Assembly (NCBI GenBank): GCA_019704295.1
Contig: AP024596.1
Location: 1,376,001-1,440,000, forward strand
DNA: 64,000 nt
DNA from: Sulfolobales archaeon HS-7
Lineage (GTDB): Archaea > Thermoproteota > Thermoprotei_A > Sulfolobales > Sulfolobaceae
Reading direction: 5' to 3'
Position numbers and translations under genes: made by a program
The notes under the pieces: generated by a model
Databases searched by the model: none
The model's input: only the letters and a program-made list of their open reading frames with translations
What the model was told of the DNA's origin: nothing
Shown here: piece by piece, positions 31,465 to 42,299 of the stretch
How positions within the stretch are numbered: the first letter of the stretch is position 1
Layout: each line of letters begins with the position of its first letter

Positions 31465-32705
31465 TTACTCCAAATACCTGTCCGGTGTTAATGTAAACCT
31501 CCATAAGGGAACTACCTTTACCCTTTTCCCGTTTCTCAAAACGTGTTCCCCGTCGTTATCCAACGTTAAGAGCAGGAGATTAAACCCCTTAAATTTTTCC
31601 GAGAACTTCTCCAATGCACCCAACTTCCTTTCCCTTAAACCCTCTAATTCATAGCTTACTTGTATTGCAACGTTCACTTGACCTAGGACTATGAAGTTAA
31701 CCTCAATTTCCCCACTACTATAGTAGACATCGTAAGACTTAGAGTTGTAATACCTGAATCTCAGTAACTCGATCAGAACCGCGTTTTCCATTTTCCTCTC
31801 CATATTTTCTCCGCTGACAAACGAAGAGTAAATGCCGGGATCAATTGTGTAAACCTTCCTCGGTACTTCTCCAACGTCTTACCAGTGAACCTCCTCAACA
31901 GGACGAAGAGGAAGGAGTTCTGTAAGCAGTCGAGGTAGTTGTTTACCGTCTGATGAGATAAGGAAAACGCATTACCTAGCCTTATCGTCGAGACCTCCCT
32001 GTCTATGTTTTCCAGTGAGAACATCGCCAATTCCTTAATATCCCTCCTGGTCTTACATCCTGACCATCACGTCTTTAGTGATGACGTCGTCGAAGAGAGT
32101 TCCTAAATACGCCTTTACGCTCTGCCTATAACTTTCCGGGAAACCTCCAACGTTGAGGTACTCCCTAAGTTTAGACTTTACCTCGCTTATACCCCTAGTA
32201 CTTTCCCTAACATTCACGTCATGGTATTTGAGGAACTCGCGAAAGGAGAAGGGGAGTAGAAGGTAATCTACGTGCCTCCCGGTTAAATAAGTTGCCATCT
32301 CACTGCTCATAAGACTTGCGTTACTGCCCGTAACAATAACGGGCATTAAATCCCTAAGCCTGGACACGAACCTCTCCCAACCCTCTACATTCTGAACTTC
32401 ATCAAGGATTAATACTTGTACGGTACCCTTGACCTGGTAAACGGCCTCTAACACTTTTTTGAGCTCATTGGCCTTCATCCGGGAAAACCTCTCGTCCTCG
32501 AAGTCAACCCTAGCGTACGTCATCCCCTCACTCAGCTGAATTGAGTAAACAGATTTGCCCGTTCTTCTGGGCCCGGTTATTAAATAGGCGTTGTTCGCAT
32601 TAACGCTATAGTCGACTTCCCTCTTTATTTTCTTCTCCTTCTCAAACTTCTCCCCGATCAAATCCTCTTGGTCTAGAATTATCTTCTTAATTCCTCAACT
32701 TCCAT
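31465..32705 (-). pseudogene. AAA_14 + DUF4143 ATPase pseudogene
   Basis: GPRRTGKS, LDEVQ, VTGSN, GGFPE, EN.V..EL; several frameshifts. Confidence 0.85.
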
Positions 32706-32735
32706 AATGAAGTGTTTCCGTAAGCCTTTTTAAAC

Positions 32736-32789
32736 CTGTCAATTGAGAATTGACAGTTCTGCGCGGTATTGTAAATTAGTAATTGACAG
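32736..32789. promoter_or_regulatory. two tandem palindromic operator-like sites CTGTCAATT-N3-AATTGACAG
   Basis: Perfect site at 32736-32756; degenerate site at 32769-32789; 33 bp apart, next to the TATA region of the ATPase pseudogene. Confidence 0.65.
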
Positions 32790-32983
32790 TTCCTGCTCAT
32801 AGGGCTAGTGCCTCTCTCCTAAACTAATCTCCCTTTCCTGGTCAAGAGTCCTTCGTAATTAGGGTACCTACGGGAGAAACTACACTGCTAATTCGCGTCT
32901 GTTCTGAATGTCCTGAAATTCGAGGTGAAACGCTGAGGTCGAAGCGAGTTGGTGTTGACCATTATAACATTGAAAAGTCCATG

Positions 32984-33153
32984 AGGTGCTATATGTATCA
33001 CCTCTTACACAAGTATGGGAAAAGTGGGTTCAGATCACCCTAGATTAATGCCTAGTTTTTGAAGTTCCTAATCTCAGGCACCTTGAATCTCCTCGTTACT
33101 AAACCGTTTCAAAAGTAGTCATCCCCATTCCTACGCGTTTTCCCCGTGGGGAG
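32984..33153 (-). mobile_element. degenerate CT-core mini-element
   Basis: AGGTGCTATATG...CACCTC and ACGCGTTTTCCCCGTGGGGAG ends. Confidence 0.7.
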
Positions 33154-33714
33154 GCCTCTACCTTAAGGGGCACATAGGCGTTATCGATACTTTCGTCTGC
33201 TTGAGGTGCACGATTGTTGATCGAGGAAGGAAGTACCGAATGACGCTGGAACCTCTCGCCGACTTCGTAAATCCCGTCATTAATTGTCGTCAGGTACCCA
33301 TATTAAGGTTTGAACCAGTGATCCCCTTACCCTGATGGGGTAATGTATTAAAAATGATCTTCAGGTGGCTTCTGAATTCTAATTTATCACCTTCACTAGT
33401 CTTACTCAGTGCGTAATATGAGTGAAGGTCCTAGCGTGGTACATCCCCCAAGATATTACCTTTCAATAGTCTCTAATACTCTTTGAAATAAGAATAAGTA
33501 GTGTTAATTGCAAATTACGGTTAGGACAGCTCAAATAAGCTAAACTATAAATCGTAGTCTACCGCTAGCTAAGGATGTTCGATTAGATTTTTTTCGTCTA
33601 AATAAACTAAATTCACAACGGGAACAGCCCGGAATCCACTATTCCCACTTAAGAGAATCTAATCGAAATCGAGGGGAATTCGCTAATGCCCAAATTGCGT
33701 TCGACGGTAAATAT

Positions 33715-33740
33715 TTTAACTAGTTTAACTAGTTTAACTT
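33715..33740 (+). promoter_or_regulatory. 9-bp direct repeat (TTTAACTAG x2 plus partial) with AACTAGTT palindromes
   Basis: Immediately before the ATG of the RHH gene. Confidence 0.65.
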
Positions 33741-33741
33741 C

Positions 33742-34074
33742 ATGAAAGTGCTTGTAAAAGACGTTGATGAAAAGCTTTATAGAATGTTAAAGGCTAAAGC
33801 GTCGATTGAAGGTATCTCCGTAAGTGAGGCAATAAATGAGGCAATAAAACTTTGGTTGTTAAATAAGGATTCGGACAGAATTAAGGTAATAAAGAGCAAG
33901 GACTTTTGGGATACCGTAAATGAAGGAAAGTACGCGTTGTTCTGTGATGGCAATTTCATTGGGGGCTATGAGGACGAGAATGAAATGATAAAGGAGGCTC
34001 GGGAATACACTAAGTGTTACGCTCTAAGCAAAAAGTGGTTGATTGGAGAGGGTGAACTCACTGGAGTGTTTTGA
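33742..34074 (+). CDS. ribbon-helix-helix protein fused to a DUF5678-like domain
   Basis: MKVLVKDVDEKLYRMLKAKA..EG.SVSEAINEAIKLWL; GKYALFCDG.FIG..EDE.E. Confidence 0.7.
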   Translation: MKVLVKDVDEKLYRMLKAKASIEGISVSEAINEAIKLWLLNKDSDRIKVIKSKDFWDTVNEGKYALFCDGNFIGGYEDENEMIKEAREYTKCYALSKKWLIGEGELTGVF

Positions 34075-34423
34075 TGTAAATGAAAAACCTACACTGCACG
34101 TGACAGTGTCTGACCCGGTGAATGGGAAATCTGCTGAAGTGGACGTACTAGTTGACACTGGATTTTCCGGTTGGTTACTCCTCGATTACGAAGTTTACAC
34201 CAAACTTAACTCTCTGGAAATTCCCGTAACAAGGAAATATAGAAGCATTTTAGGTAATATTGAAGTTTACATGTCCAAAGCCAATATTACCGTCAATAGT
34301 ATTAGCGTAGATGGATTTATTGAGTCCTATCCTTACGTAGAAATGAACCTACTAGGTAGAGAAATATTGAAGAAACTGAATATATGCTTTTATAAAATGG
34401 GTAAAGTATGTATTGCATTCTAA
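34043..34423 (+). CDS. clan AA (retropepsin-like) aspartic protease
   Basis: LVDTGFSG catalytic motif and LLGREIL; start uncertain; overlaps the RHH gene. Confidence 0.85.
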   Translation: MERVNSLECFDVNEKPTLHVTVSDPVNGKSAEVDVLVDTGFSGWLLLDYEVYTKLNSLEIPVTRKYRSILGNIEVYMSKANITVNSISVDGFIESYPYVEMNLLGREILKKLNICFYKMGKVCIAF

Positions 34424-34609
34424 TTGAGTTATTCAAAGTTCTCGCAAATTCAGGCTATTTGAAAATGAACGAATTCAATTGAATTCGTGAAACATCGTTG
34501 ATTACGTAATAATCCCTTTCATTACTCGCGAAAAGTCCTTCGCAAAGAACTCTCTAAGATAAAGTACCTTAAGGGAAAAAATTAATACACGCAAAGAAGC
34601 TTTAGCATA

Positions 34610-35668
34610 ATGGACACGGAGAAGTTAAACATTGTACTTAGAATTCTTTGGAAAGGCGGCGTTACCAGAGTTGCGGTAGAAGAAGCTAGAAATATTAACA
34701 GCAGACTGATCGTTTATAGGAACGCTTCTACTCAATACGATCTCTCTGACGTAGACGTTAAAGTCCTTTTCGACAATAAATCAAAGCGGATTTTTACGCT
34801 GTTGACGTCCATTTACGCGGGTCATAGGGGAGAGGAGGCTACGGTAGACTTAGACAGGATCATAAAAGCTAAGGACCTCATTAGGGGACCTGCATTATTT
34901 CACGATCAATTTGCGGGAATAACGGGCTACTTGAGGAAAAGGAAATACGGAGAGGATTACGCGGTATATATTCATGAGACTTCCCTTGATAGTAAGGGAA
35001 AGAAGTGGGCTTTGCCCAGGATCATGGAGAGAAAGGTCTTGGAAAAGAGTAAGGTGATTATCACCAACAGTAATTGGAACAAGGAGATCTTGGGGAGTTG
35101 GGGCTTTAGGGCTGAGGTGGTCTACCCCGGCTGTTATCCCAAGGAGAAGATAAACCTTGACAGGGAGAAAATTGCGCTAACAGTGTCGGTGTGGGACTCA
35201 GGCAGAAGACCGGAGATTTACGGGGAAATCAGCAGGAAAATTAAGGGGAAATTAGTTATGGCCGGTTACTGGACAAGGCAGGACACTTTAACCGAGTTTA
35301 CCAAAAAATACGGGGGAGTGACGGTGACGGGACCTATACCGGAGAGTGAATTGCGAGAGTTGTATGACAAGGCTGCGGTGTTAATACGATTCGGTTTCAA
35401 TGAGAAGGGACCCGGCATGGGAGTTTTAGAGGCCATGGGGGCTGGTATGCCTGTTGTAGTCAATGATGGGCTGGGAAGCAAGGAGTTGATAAAGGATAAC
35501 GGATACGTTGTACGAGATTGGGAGGAGGCAGTTGATAGGGTAAACGAAATACTGGAAGACGAGAATTTAAGGAGGGAGATGAGTAAGAACTCTTGGGAGA
35601 TCGCTAAGAGCTTACACTGGAGCAATCATGCTAGGAGGGTAAGAGAGTTACTATCGAGAGTGTATTAA
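34610..35668 (+). CDS. GT4 glycosyltransferase
   Basis: [28 protein letters not shown]. Confidence 0.9.
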   Translation: MDTEKLNIVLRILWKGGVTRVAVEEARNINSRLIVYRNASTQYDLSDVDVKVLFDNKSKRIFTLLTSIYAGHRGEEATVDLDRIIKAKDLIRGPALFHDQFAGITGYLRKRKYGEDYAVYIHETSLDSKGKKWALPRIMERKVLEKSKVIITNSNWNKEILGSWGFRAEVVYPGCYPKEKINLDREKIALTVSVWDSGRRPEIYGEISRKIKGKLVMAGYWTRQDTLTEFTKKYGGVTVTGPIPESELRELYDKAAVLIRFGFNEKGPGMGVLEAMGAGMPVVVNDGLGSKELIKDNGYVVRDWEEAVDRVNEILEDENLRREMSKNSWEIAKSLHWSNHARRVRELLSRVY

Positions 35669-36355
35669 TTTGTGGTCATATTGATAAGTTTGAGTTATGC
35701 ACCGTGCTAGCAAAAACCGGTAAGCTATTTAGTAAAAAAGAAAGGGTGGAGTTTACCTTACACTTTATTGCTCCTTTGAGGTAAAAAGGGCGTGGAGTGA
35801 TCAAAGAAAAGTGAAGAACCCTGGGGAAAATGCTTTCAAACAAAATTATTAGAAATGAGGGTCCCATCCTGTGTAAGTGATTACAAAGGGTAGTGTGAAG
35901 GTTTTCATTAAGGTTCGTCTGGTCATATAGGGTCTATGGGTCGTCATCACTTATTGAGTCTATTCAAAGGATTACAATAAATTTGATGAAATTGATTCTC
36001 AATCGAACAGAAATTTACGCTATACATTTTCCTTCTTCCTAGTCCGTACAATTCGTGACTAGGAGCTGATATCCTACCTAGTACAGTATCACCTCTGAAT
36101 AAGGGTAATGATAAGTAAACCATTCCTTTCCCTAGGGTAGGGGAACGTTTCGGGTAAATACGATCCCTTCTCCCTTAAGGGTGTAGAAATAAAAAGGAAT
36201 TTGAGACCTTAACGAGAGAGCTCCTGTATCCCTCTATATGGAAATTACGCGCAGACAATGACCCCTGTACAAGATGTCCTGGTCATTTCCTCTCCTCATC
36301 AATCTGACAAAGTGTATCGAATGTACTTTCCAATTTGAGAGGGAATGGAACCATA

Positions 36356-36517
36356 AGGCGCTATATGCCTCGCCTCCAACATAACTATGGGTACAACTGT
36401 CTCGAACGCTATTTACGTAAACGTCGTCCTTGCCTCTCCTGTCTTGGACAACGTGAGCCTCTCTGACTAGACCGTTGTAGGGATTTGCTATCCCTAGTAG
36501 TGTTTTCCCCGAAGAAT
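36356..36517 (-). mobile_element. degenerate CT-core mini-element
   Basis: AGGCGCTATATGCCTCGCCTCCAAC... and ATCCCTAGT..TGTTTTCCCCG ends. Confidence 0.7.
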
Positions 36518-36569
36518 CCCTCGGTTGTCCTAAACACTATGTTATACCTACTCTTAACAAGGGGAATAT

Positions 36570-37979
36570 TTAGCTTATAATCCTTAAAATGACAGATATG
36601 AAATTGAGACTACGAGGTAGGAATCCCTCAATTATCTTAACGTCCTCTTCTGTGATTATCTTAAATATTTTGAAAATGGCAAGAACAGCTATTATTAGAA
36701 CGAAATCTAGGAAAAGAGGGTCAACTGCTACTTCGTAGAGGCCAATAAGCGGAATCATTGAGAGAACGCCGATTTCCTTCTTTCCTAGAGAGAAAGCAGA
36801 AGTTCTAATAGCGTAAAACAGCACAAAGAGAGAGGAGATTGTTGCTACTGTGATCTGAGATATAGCACCTCCCATTATTCCTATCCTAGGAATTAACAAA
36901 TAGGAAGTGAGTAATACAAGACCGCCGTTTAAAACTGACAGGATAAGAAAAGGTCTCAGATCCCTCTTAAATGCGACAATGAAATTAGTCAAGGAAGATA
37001 CGGAAAATGGAAGGGTTGATGAAATCAAAAGCAGAACGAAAACATCTAGTCCCGTCTTGTACGCCGGAAAGAAGCGGTCAATTACTATTTCGCCTATGGG
37101 AATAGAGACTATTACTGCAAGAAAAGTTATTAGTGATAGGACTCTAAAGGAAAGGGAGGACATCCTCTTCTCATCTTTCCCTAAAGCCTTGTAAAAAGAC
37201 GCTGTTGGCAACAAAACGCCGCTTAAGGCGCCTAAAACCATTGAAGGTACTCCGGCAACTAGAGCTGAAAATTGGTAAATGCCTAAGTAGTAAGAACCTA
37301 GTAAATAAGCTGTAGTTACTCTATCCCCTTGAGAAGAAAAGAAATTTGACGAAGAAGATAGGTAAAGAGGCAAACCTTCCCTGAAATGCTTAAAAAGAAA
37401 TGCGAAATGTGGAGAAGGGAAAATTACTCCAATTTTCCTGCTCAAGAAGGCATAGTTTATGGAAACTGAAAGCATTCCTCCTAAAGTCCAGATCTCAACG
37501 AATAGGTAAATGCTGTGAAAGAGGACGGCTATTATCGATATACCCCATCTTATGATTAGAAATAGGTTCCCCGTTATTGCTAATTCAGTGAACATGTCCA
37601 TCCCTATCATTATCACTGTCATTACGGCATTTAGAAGATAGAGGAAAAGGTAAGGTATTGCCAACTTAACGTAGTTCGGGAAAAGGAGAAGGACTAGGAG
37701 AATAGGAATGGTCATAAAGGGGAATGAAAGAAATTTTTCTACTATACCTTTATTTATCTCTTTATTAGCGTAAAGATAAGATATTTCTCTTGCGATTATT
37801 GCACCAGGGATTAGATAAAAAAAAGTCGATGTAATTACCTCCAGGAGTTGAATTATCGCGACTTTCCCGAAGAACGCCGGATTGGTAATTTTAGCGGTAA
37901 TGATGAAGAATATTAAGGCAACGATGACGTTAGTAGTGGTGACACTAAGGCTCTTCAGTGCATTCTTTATAGGGTTCAT
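36570..37979 (-). CDS. oligosaccharide flippase (Wzx/MOP family)
   Basis: Highly polytopic; QGDRV...LG.Y; GIMGGAI. Confidence 0.88.
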   Translation of the reverse strand: MNPIKNALKSLSVTTTNVIVALIFFIITAKITNPAFFGKVAIIQLLEVITSTFFYLIPGAIIAREISYLYANKEINKGIVEKFLSFPFMTIPILLVLLLFPNYVKLAIPYLFLYLLNAVMTVIMIGMDMFTELAITGNLFLIIRWGISIIAVLFHSIYLFVEIWTLGGMLSVSINYAFLSRKIGVIFPSPHFAFLFKHFREGLPLYLSSSSNFFSSQGDRVTTAYLLGSYYLGIYQFSALVAGVPSMVLGALSGVLLPTASFYKALGKDEKRMSSLSFRVLSLITFLAVIVSIPIGEIVIDRFFPAYKTGLDVFVLLLISSTLPFSVSSLTNFIVAFKRDLRPFLILSVLNGGLVLLTSYLLIPRIGIMGGAISQITVATISSLFVLFYAIRTSAFSLGKKEIGVLSMIPLIGLYEVAVDPLFLDFVLIIAVLAIFKIFKIITEEDVKIIEGFLPRSLNFISVILRIIS

Positions 37980-38025
37980 TCAGTTATCGGCTTTAGAAGT
38001 AAAATAATAAAGCTTTTCCTTATGT

Positions 38026-39025
38026 TGAGTCTGGGACAAAAACTTCAGATATCACTTATTTTATATTACGAATACGTGAATAAGAAGTTAACCCAGAGGG
38101 ACTTCGAGGACTTCAAGAAGTCAATAGAGGACTTGATTACTATACAAGGAGAGTAGGGTCGGTAAGGCGGAAACTGAGGAAAGGGAAGAGGAGAGGTTAA
38201 CTAGGTTAAGGTTCGGTAAAGAGTTAAGGAAGGACATAGATGAAAGGGAAGTTCGTGAAGACATGTAAGAGTAGGGGAGGAAAAGCAAGTTAACCCCACA
38301 AGGCGTACTGGTAAAAGGAATACCTAGGCCAACAGGGGAGTTGTAGAACAGGCGTCACTGCTAACGAAGGAGGAGATAAGCTACAGGACGGTAGAGAGAC
38401 TTATTTGATATCTTCGTTTTCCTTTACAACATGCTCTCAAAGGGCGTAGTGGCCTTCGATCAACGCGGTCATGGACAGGCTATTCCCTAGTGGTAAGCAT
38501 TACTGGATGAAGGGGAGAAGTCTGGGGAAGAGGTGAGGGAAGGGAAGGACTTCTTGTACTCTTCATCTTCGACTTGGGCAGTAACTTGATCGCTTACGGT
38601 TACTCGCTTAAGAGCGAGAGAGGCTTATGAGATGGCCCTCGAGGTCCTGAGGGATCTTGGAGCCCAAGTGGACTCCTTGAGGACTGACAAGTACTACGGC
38701 AAGTCTACACTTGATGACTTCCCTGATTCCAAGGTCTACTTGATACCCAAGTCTAACGCCACGATTAAAGGAGGTGGAGATGATATTGAGGTTCATTGGG
38801 AACCTGCTGGAGTAGTTGGAGGAGTCAAGCGTGAGAAGGTAGAGTCCCTGGTCTCCTCCAAGGAGGACAGAGTGGATCATAAACAAGGTCAGGGAAGAGA
38901 GGATCCGCTTGATGGTCTTAGCGAGGGTCGCGATTCACGACCTACTGTGGTCCAAAGCGTTAGATTAAAAATTATGAAATGATATGTAAATTTAGAACCC
39001 ATTAGACTAACTTGTCCCAGACTCA
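38026..39025 (+). mobile_element. IS5-family (ISC1058-like) degenerate IS
   Basis: Perfect 14-bp TIR TGAGTCTGGGACAA / TTGTCCCAGACTCA; transposase fragment LRTDKYYGKSTLDDFPDSKVYLIPKSN. Confidence 0.75.
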
Positions 39026-39107
39026 ATTTGACCTAAAGATTTATTACTGAACGCCATACTCACTATATCTACAAAAATTTTTAAATGTATTTTTATATTT
39101 TATGTGA

Positions 39108-39747
39108 ATGTGCAATACAGCAGTTATCGAATTTTTTGTAGAAAATATTAATTGTGAAGAATTTCAAGGCAAAAGGGTTATAGAGGTGGGAAGTAAATAT
39201 GTTAATGGTAGTGTTAGGCCTCTTATAGAGAAGTTTTGTAAACCTAGGGAGTATATTGGAGTAGATGTTAAAAAAGGGAAATTTGTCGATGTTGTTCTTC
39301 CTGCAGAGCAGCTTGTTGAGAAATTTGGAGAGGATTCCTTTGACGTGGTGATTTCTACGGAAATGTTAGAACATATCAAAGATTGGAGGACAGTTATAAA
39401 TAATATGAAGCTGATTCTTAAACCGACCGGATATATATATATCGACTAGGTCTTTCGGCTTTCCATATCATGCATATCCTTATGATTTCTGGCGTTATGA
39501 AATTGAAGATATGAAAGAAATTTTCGATGATTTCGAAATAATAAACCTAATGAGAGATCCATTAGAACCAGGTCTGTTCCTCAAGGCTAGAAAACCCTTT
39601 AATTTCAAGCTGAGGGATTTAACGGTTATCGCATTATATTCTATGTTAACTGGAAGAAGAATTAAAAGTGTTCCAGATAAATTGCCTATGAGCAGAAAAA
39701 TATTTCTATTATATCAAAGATTTAAAACTCACACATTCTTCATTTAA
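39108..39747 (+). pseudogene. class I SAM methyltransferase frameshifted at an (AT)6 tract
   Basis: VIEVGS..VNG, FDVVISTEMLEH, LKPTGYIYI; the +1 frame continues [18 protein letters not shown]. Confidence 0.85.
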
Positions 39748-39863
39748 ATATATTCAACTGATAGGGAATTTTTTTATATTTTAAGAAACATTAAAATAAG
39801 TTTATCTAACTTGACTATACTTTAAAAACCTTTAAATATAGTACTTCCAAAAAAAAATGTCAT

Positions 39864-40766
39864 ATGAATAAGCTACTCTACCATTTAATATATCTTGATT
39901 TATTCCTATTACACGGTAAAAGAGGTAAATTCAATAATTATTTTGCATTTTCAAGGAAAAAAGGTAAAGTAATATTTCCTAATGAGTTTAGTATTAAATT
40001 AAATAAAGATAATTTTGATGATGTGTTGAACCTTTATCTTTTCTCTTATAAATACGGTGTGGATATTGGAAATAGTTGGAAATTTGATAACGAGAATAAT
40101 ATTATAATTACTCCAGATGAAATAAAATTCTCTATAAGAGGATTTGATAGCTTAATTTTTGCTGAAACTTTTTTGTATGACACGCATTTCGTGGATTATA
40201 ATCTAGAAAATAGAAAAGTAATTCATGCTGGAGCCTACACTGGCGAGACGGCATTATATTACGCAAAACGGGGAGCTTATGTTTATGCCTTCGAGCCTCA
40301 ACTAGACTGTTATAATATTGCTCTTAATAATCTTAAATTAAATCCTGAAATAGCTAGAAAAATTGTGTTAAAGGATTGGGCGATAGGAGAGAATGGCGAA
40401 ATAGAATTTCCTAACACTAAGTGTAATGGAGGAACTTCTTACCTTCATGAGTATAAAGATAAAATAAAAGTAAGGAGTGTAAGTATTTCTACGATTCTAG
40501 AAGAATTTAGTATTTCTCAACCAGATATTCTTGATTTAGATATAAAAGGAAACGAGTTTCAAGTCATTAATGATAGAGTTATACAAAAATTCCGTACAGT
40601 TAGGATAGAATACCTCACTATAATTAATGGCAAAAAGATAGGAGATATGAACTATGTAATTGAAAAATTGCGAGAGTACGGCTTTACAAAAATAAGGATT
40701 TATAAACAAAACGAGTTACCATTTGATCTTTCAATTAATGGAACAATAATAGCACAAAAACAGTGA
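39864..40766 (+). CDS. FkbM-family methyltransferase
   Basis: VIHAGAYTGETALYYA..GA.VYAFEP, LDLDIKGNE. Confidence 0.85.
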   Translation: MNKLLYHLIYLDLFLLHGKRGKFNNYFAFSRKKGKVIFPNEFSIKLNKDNFDDVLNLYLFSYKYGVDIGNSWKFDNENNIIITPDEIKFSIRGFDSLIFAETFLYDTHFVDYNLENRKVIHAGAYTGETALYYAKRGAYVYAFEPQLDCYNIALNNLKLNPEIARKIVLKDWAIGENGEIEFPNTKCNGGTSYLHEYKDKIKVRSVSISTILEEFSISQPDILDLDIKGNEFQVINDRVIQKFRTVRIEYLTIINGKKIGDMNYVIEKLREYGFTKIRIYKQNELPFDLSINGTIIAQKQ

Positions 40767-40782
40767 TGTTTCATCAATTTTA

Positions 40783-42162
40783 CAGTCATGTTTCGCTAAT
40801 TTTACTAAAAATAAGACAATTTCTAAAACATAGGAAAATTCCGCTCAAAAAATAGAAATTAGCTAAATTTCCGTTGAAGTGGAGAAAGGATAGATTTTTA
40901 TCTTAGAGAAAGGCCCGTAACTTAGTTTTTACACGTATAGTAATACCTTGTGTGTTATCAGGTAGGTAGAAATGAGAACGTTGAAGTTTAAGCGAGCGAT
41001 TTCCTAAATCTAGGTATGAGGATAAGCAAACTAGGACAAGTCCCTCGCTAATGAACTTGTATTGGAGGCGTTCAAGAAGATTTCGTGTAATTCCCGCGAC
41101 GTTATCGGGAGAATTAAATCCCTCCTCCTGGGGAATAGAGGAAAGGACTACATTTCGCTTGTAAGATAAGGGAAAAAGCTAGGGGAACTATTGGGTAGAA
41201 CTTTCGAGTTCTGGGAACTCTGCTTGATCTTCTCTGAGACCGCGCTTGGTTTCGACGGGACCTTCTTGGGATTGGGAGAGAAGGAGACGGAGTAAGTGGG
41301 GGACAAACTCTTCTCGGGAAAGGTTAGATCAGCAGAACTCCTGTCTCCCGTGAGATGTAACGTGGTTACCTAATTCGCGGTTAGAGAGGATCAAAAGCCC
41401 TCTGAGTTTCTTCAAGAGTTCGTCAACAAGGCAACGCAGCACGTCAACTTGGATTACGTTGTTGCGGATGCGGGATTCCTCAACCTGGAGATCCTCAAGG
41501 AGTTACCCGCAAAAACCGTGATTAGGGGGGAGAGAATTTTAAGGGAGTCAAGGAACTCTTTGCTCAGCCCCTTACCGTGAAGTACTACAAGGTTGAGGAT
41601 AGATCTTACGTTGCCTACAGCGTGATAGAGTACAAGGGACTCTACTATTACGACGTGATTTACGTGAAACATAAGGAAAAACCAATGCAGTTCGTTTTCG
41701 TGTCCAACATTAAGGAAGAACCTTACGAGTTGGAGGAGACCTACAGGTTGAGGTGGCAAATAGAGGAGGGATTTAAGACGAGGAAGGCTAGAATAGAACT
41801 CATAAGGAGTTTGTGCAACAAGCTCTACCTGATCTACGCGCTCCTCGACACTTCCTGGAACTTGTACCTCTTCCTCTCATTTAACCTCAAGGCACCTGGA
41901 GAGAAGTCCTAGCGTTTAAACAGTTCGTCAATCTCCTCTAGGTGTTTTTAAGCTTCAGGGTGGACTACGTACCTCGCTTTGACCTCGTGAGATAAATTCA
42001 GAACTTCTTGTGTTTGCTATCATTAACTTGTAAAATATATCAGATTTTGACTAAACATATCTTATTGTTACGTCCATGGAGTTGACTTAATCCTATATTT
42101 TTATATACAAATTACACTAATAATATCTTACAAACATGAGATTTTTTTGTGAAACAAGACTG
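40783..42162 (+). mobile_element. ISH3/IS4-type (ISC1439-like) degenerate IS
   Basis: TIR CAGTCATGTTTCGC / GTGAAACAAGACTG; VVADAGF and YRLRWQIEEGFK fragments. Confidence 0.75.
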
Positions 42163-42299
42163 TCTATATATCTATCTCATTCATAAATTGCTATTCACAA
42201 AAGAATCCTGTATCGCCATACCCTTCTAGGATTCTTAGTTATTGTAACACGGCATTTTCATTATTAAATTAATCTATTATAGTTAATTTTAAAATTAAA

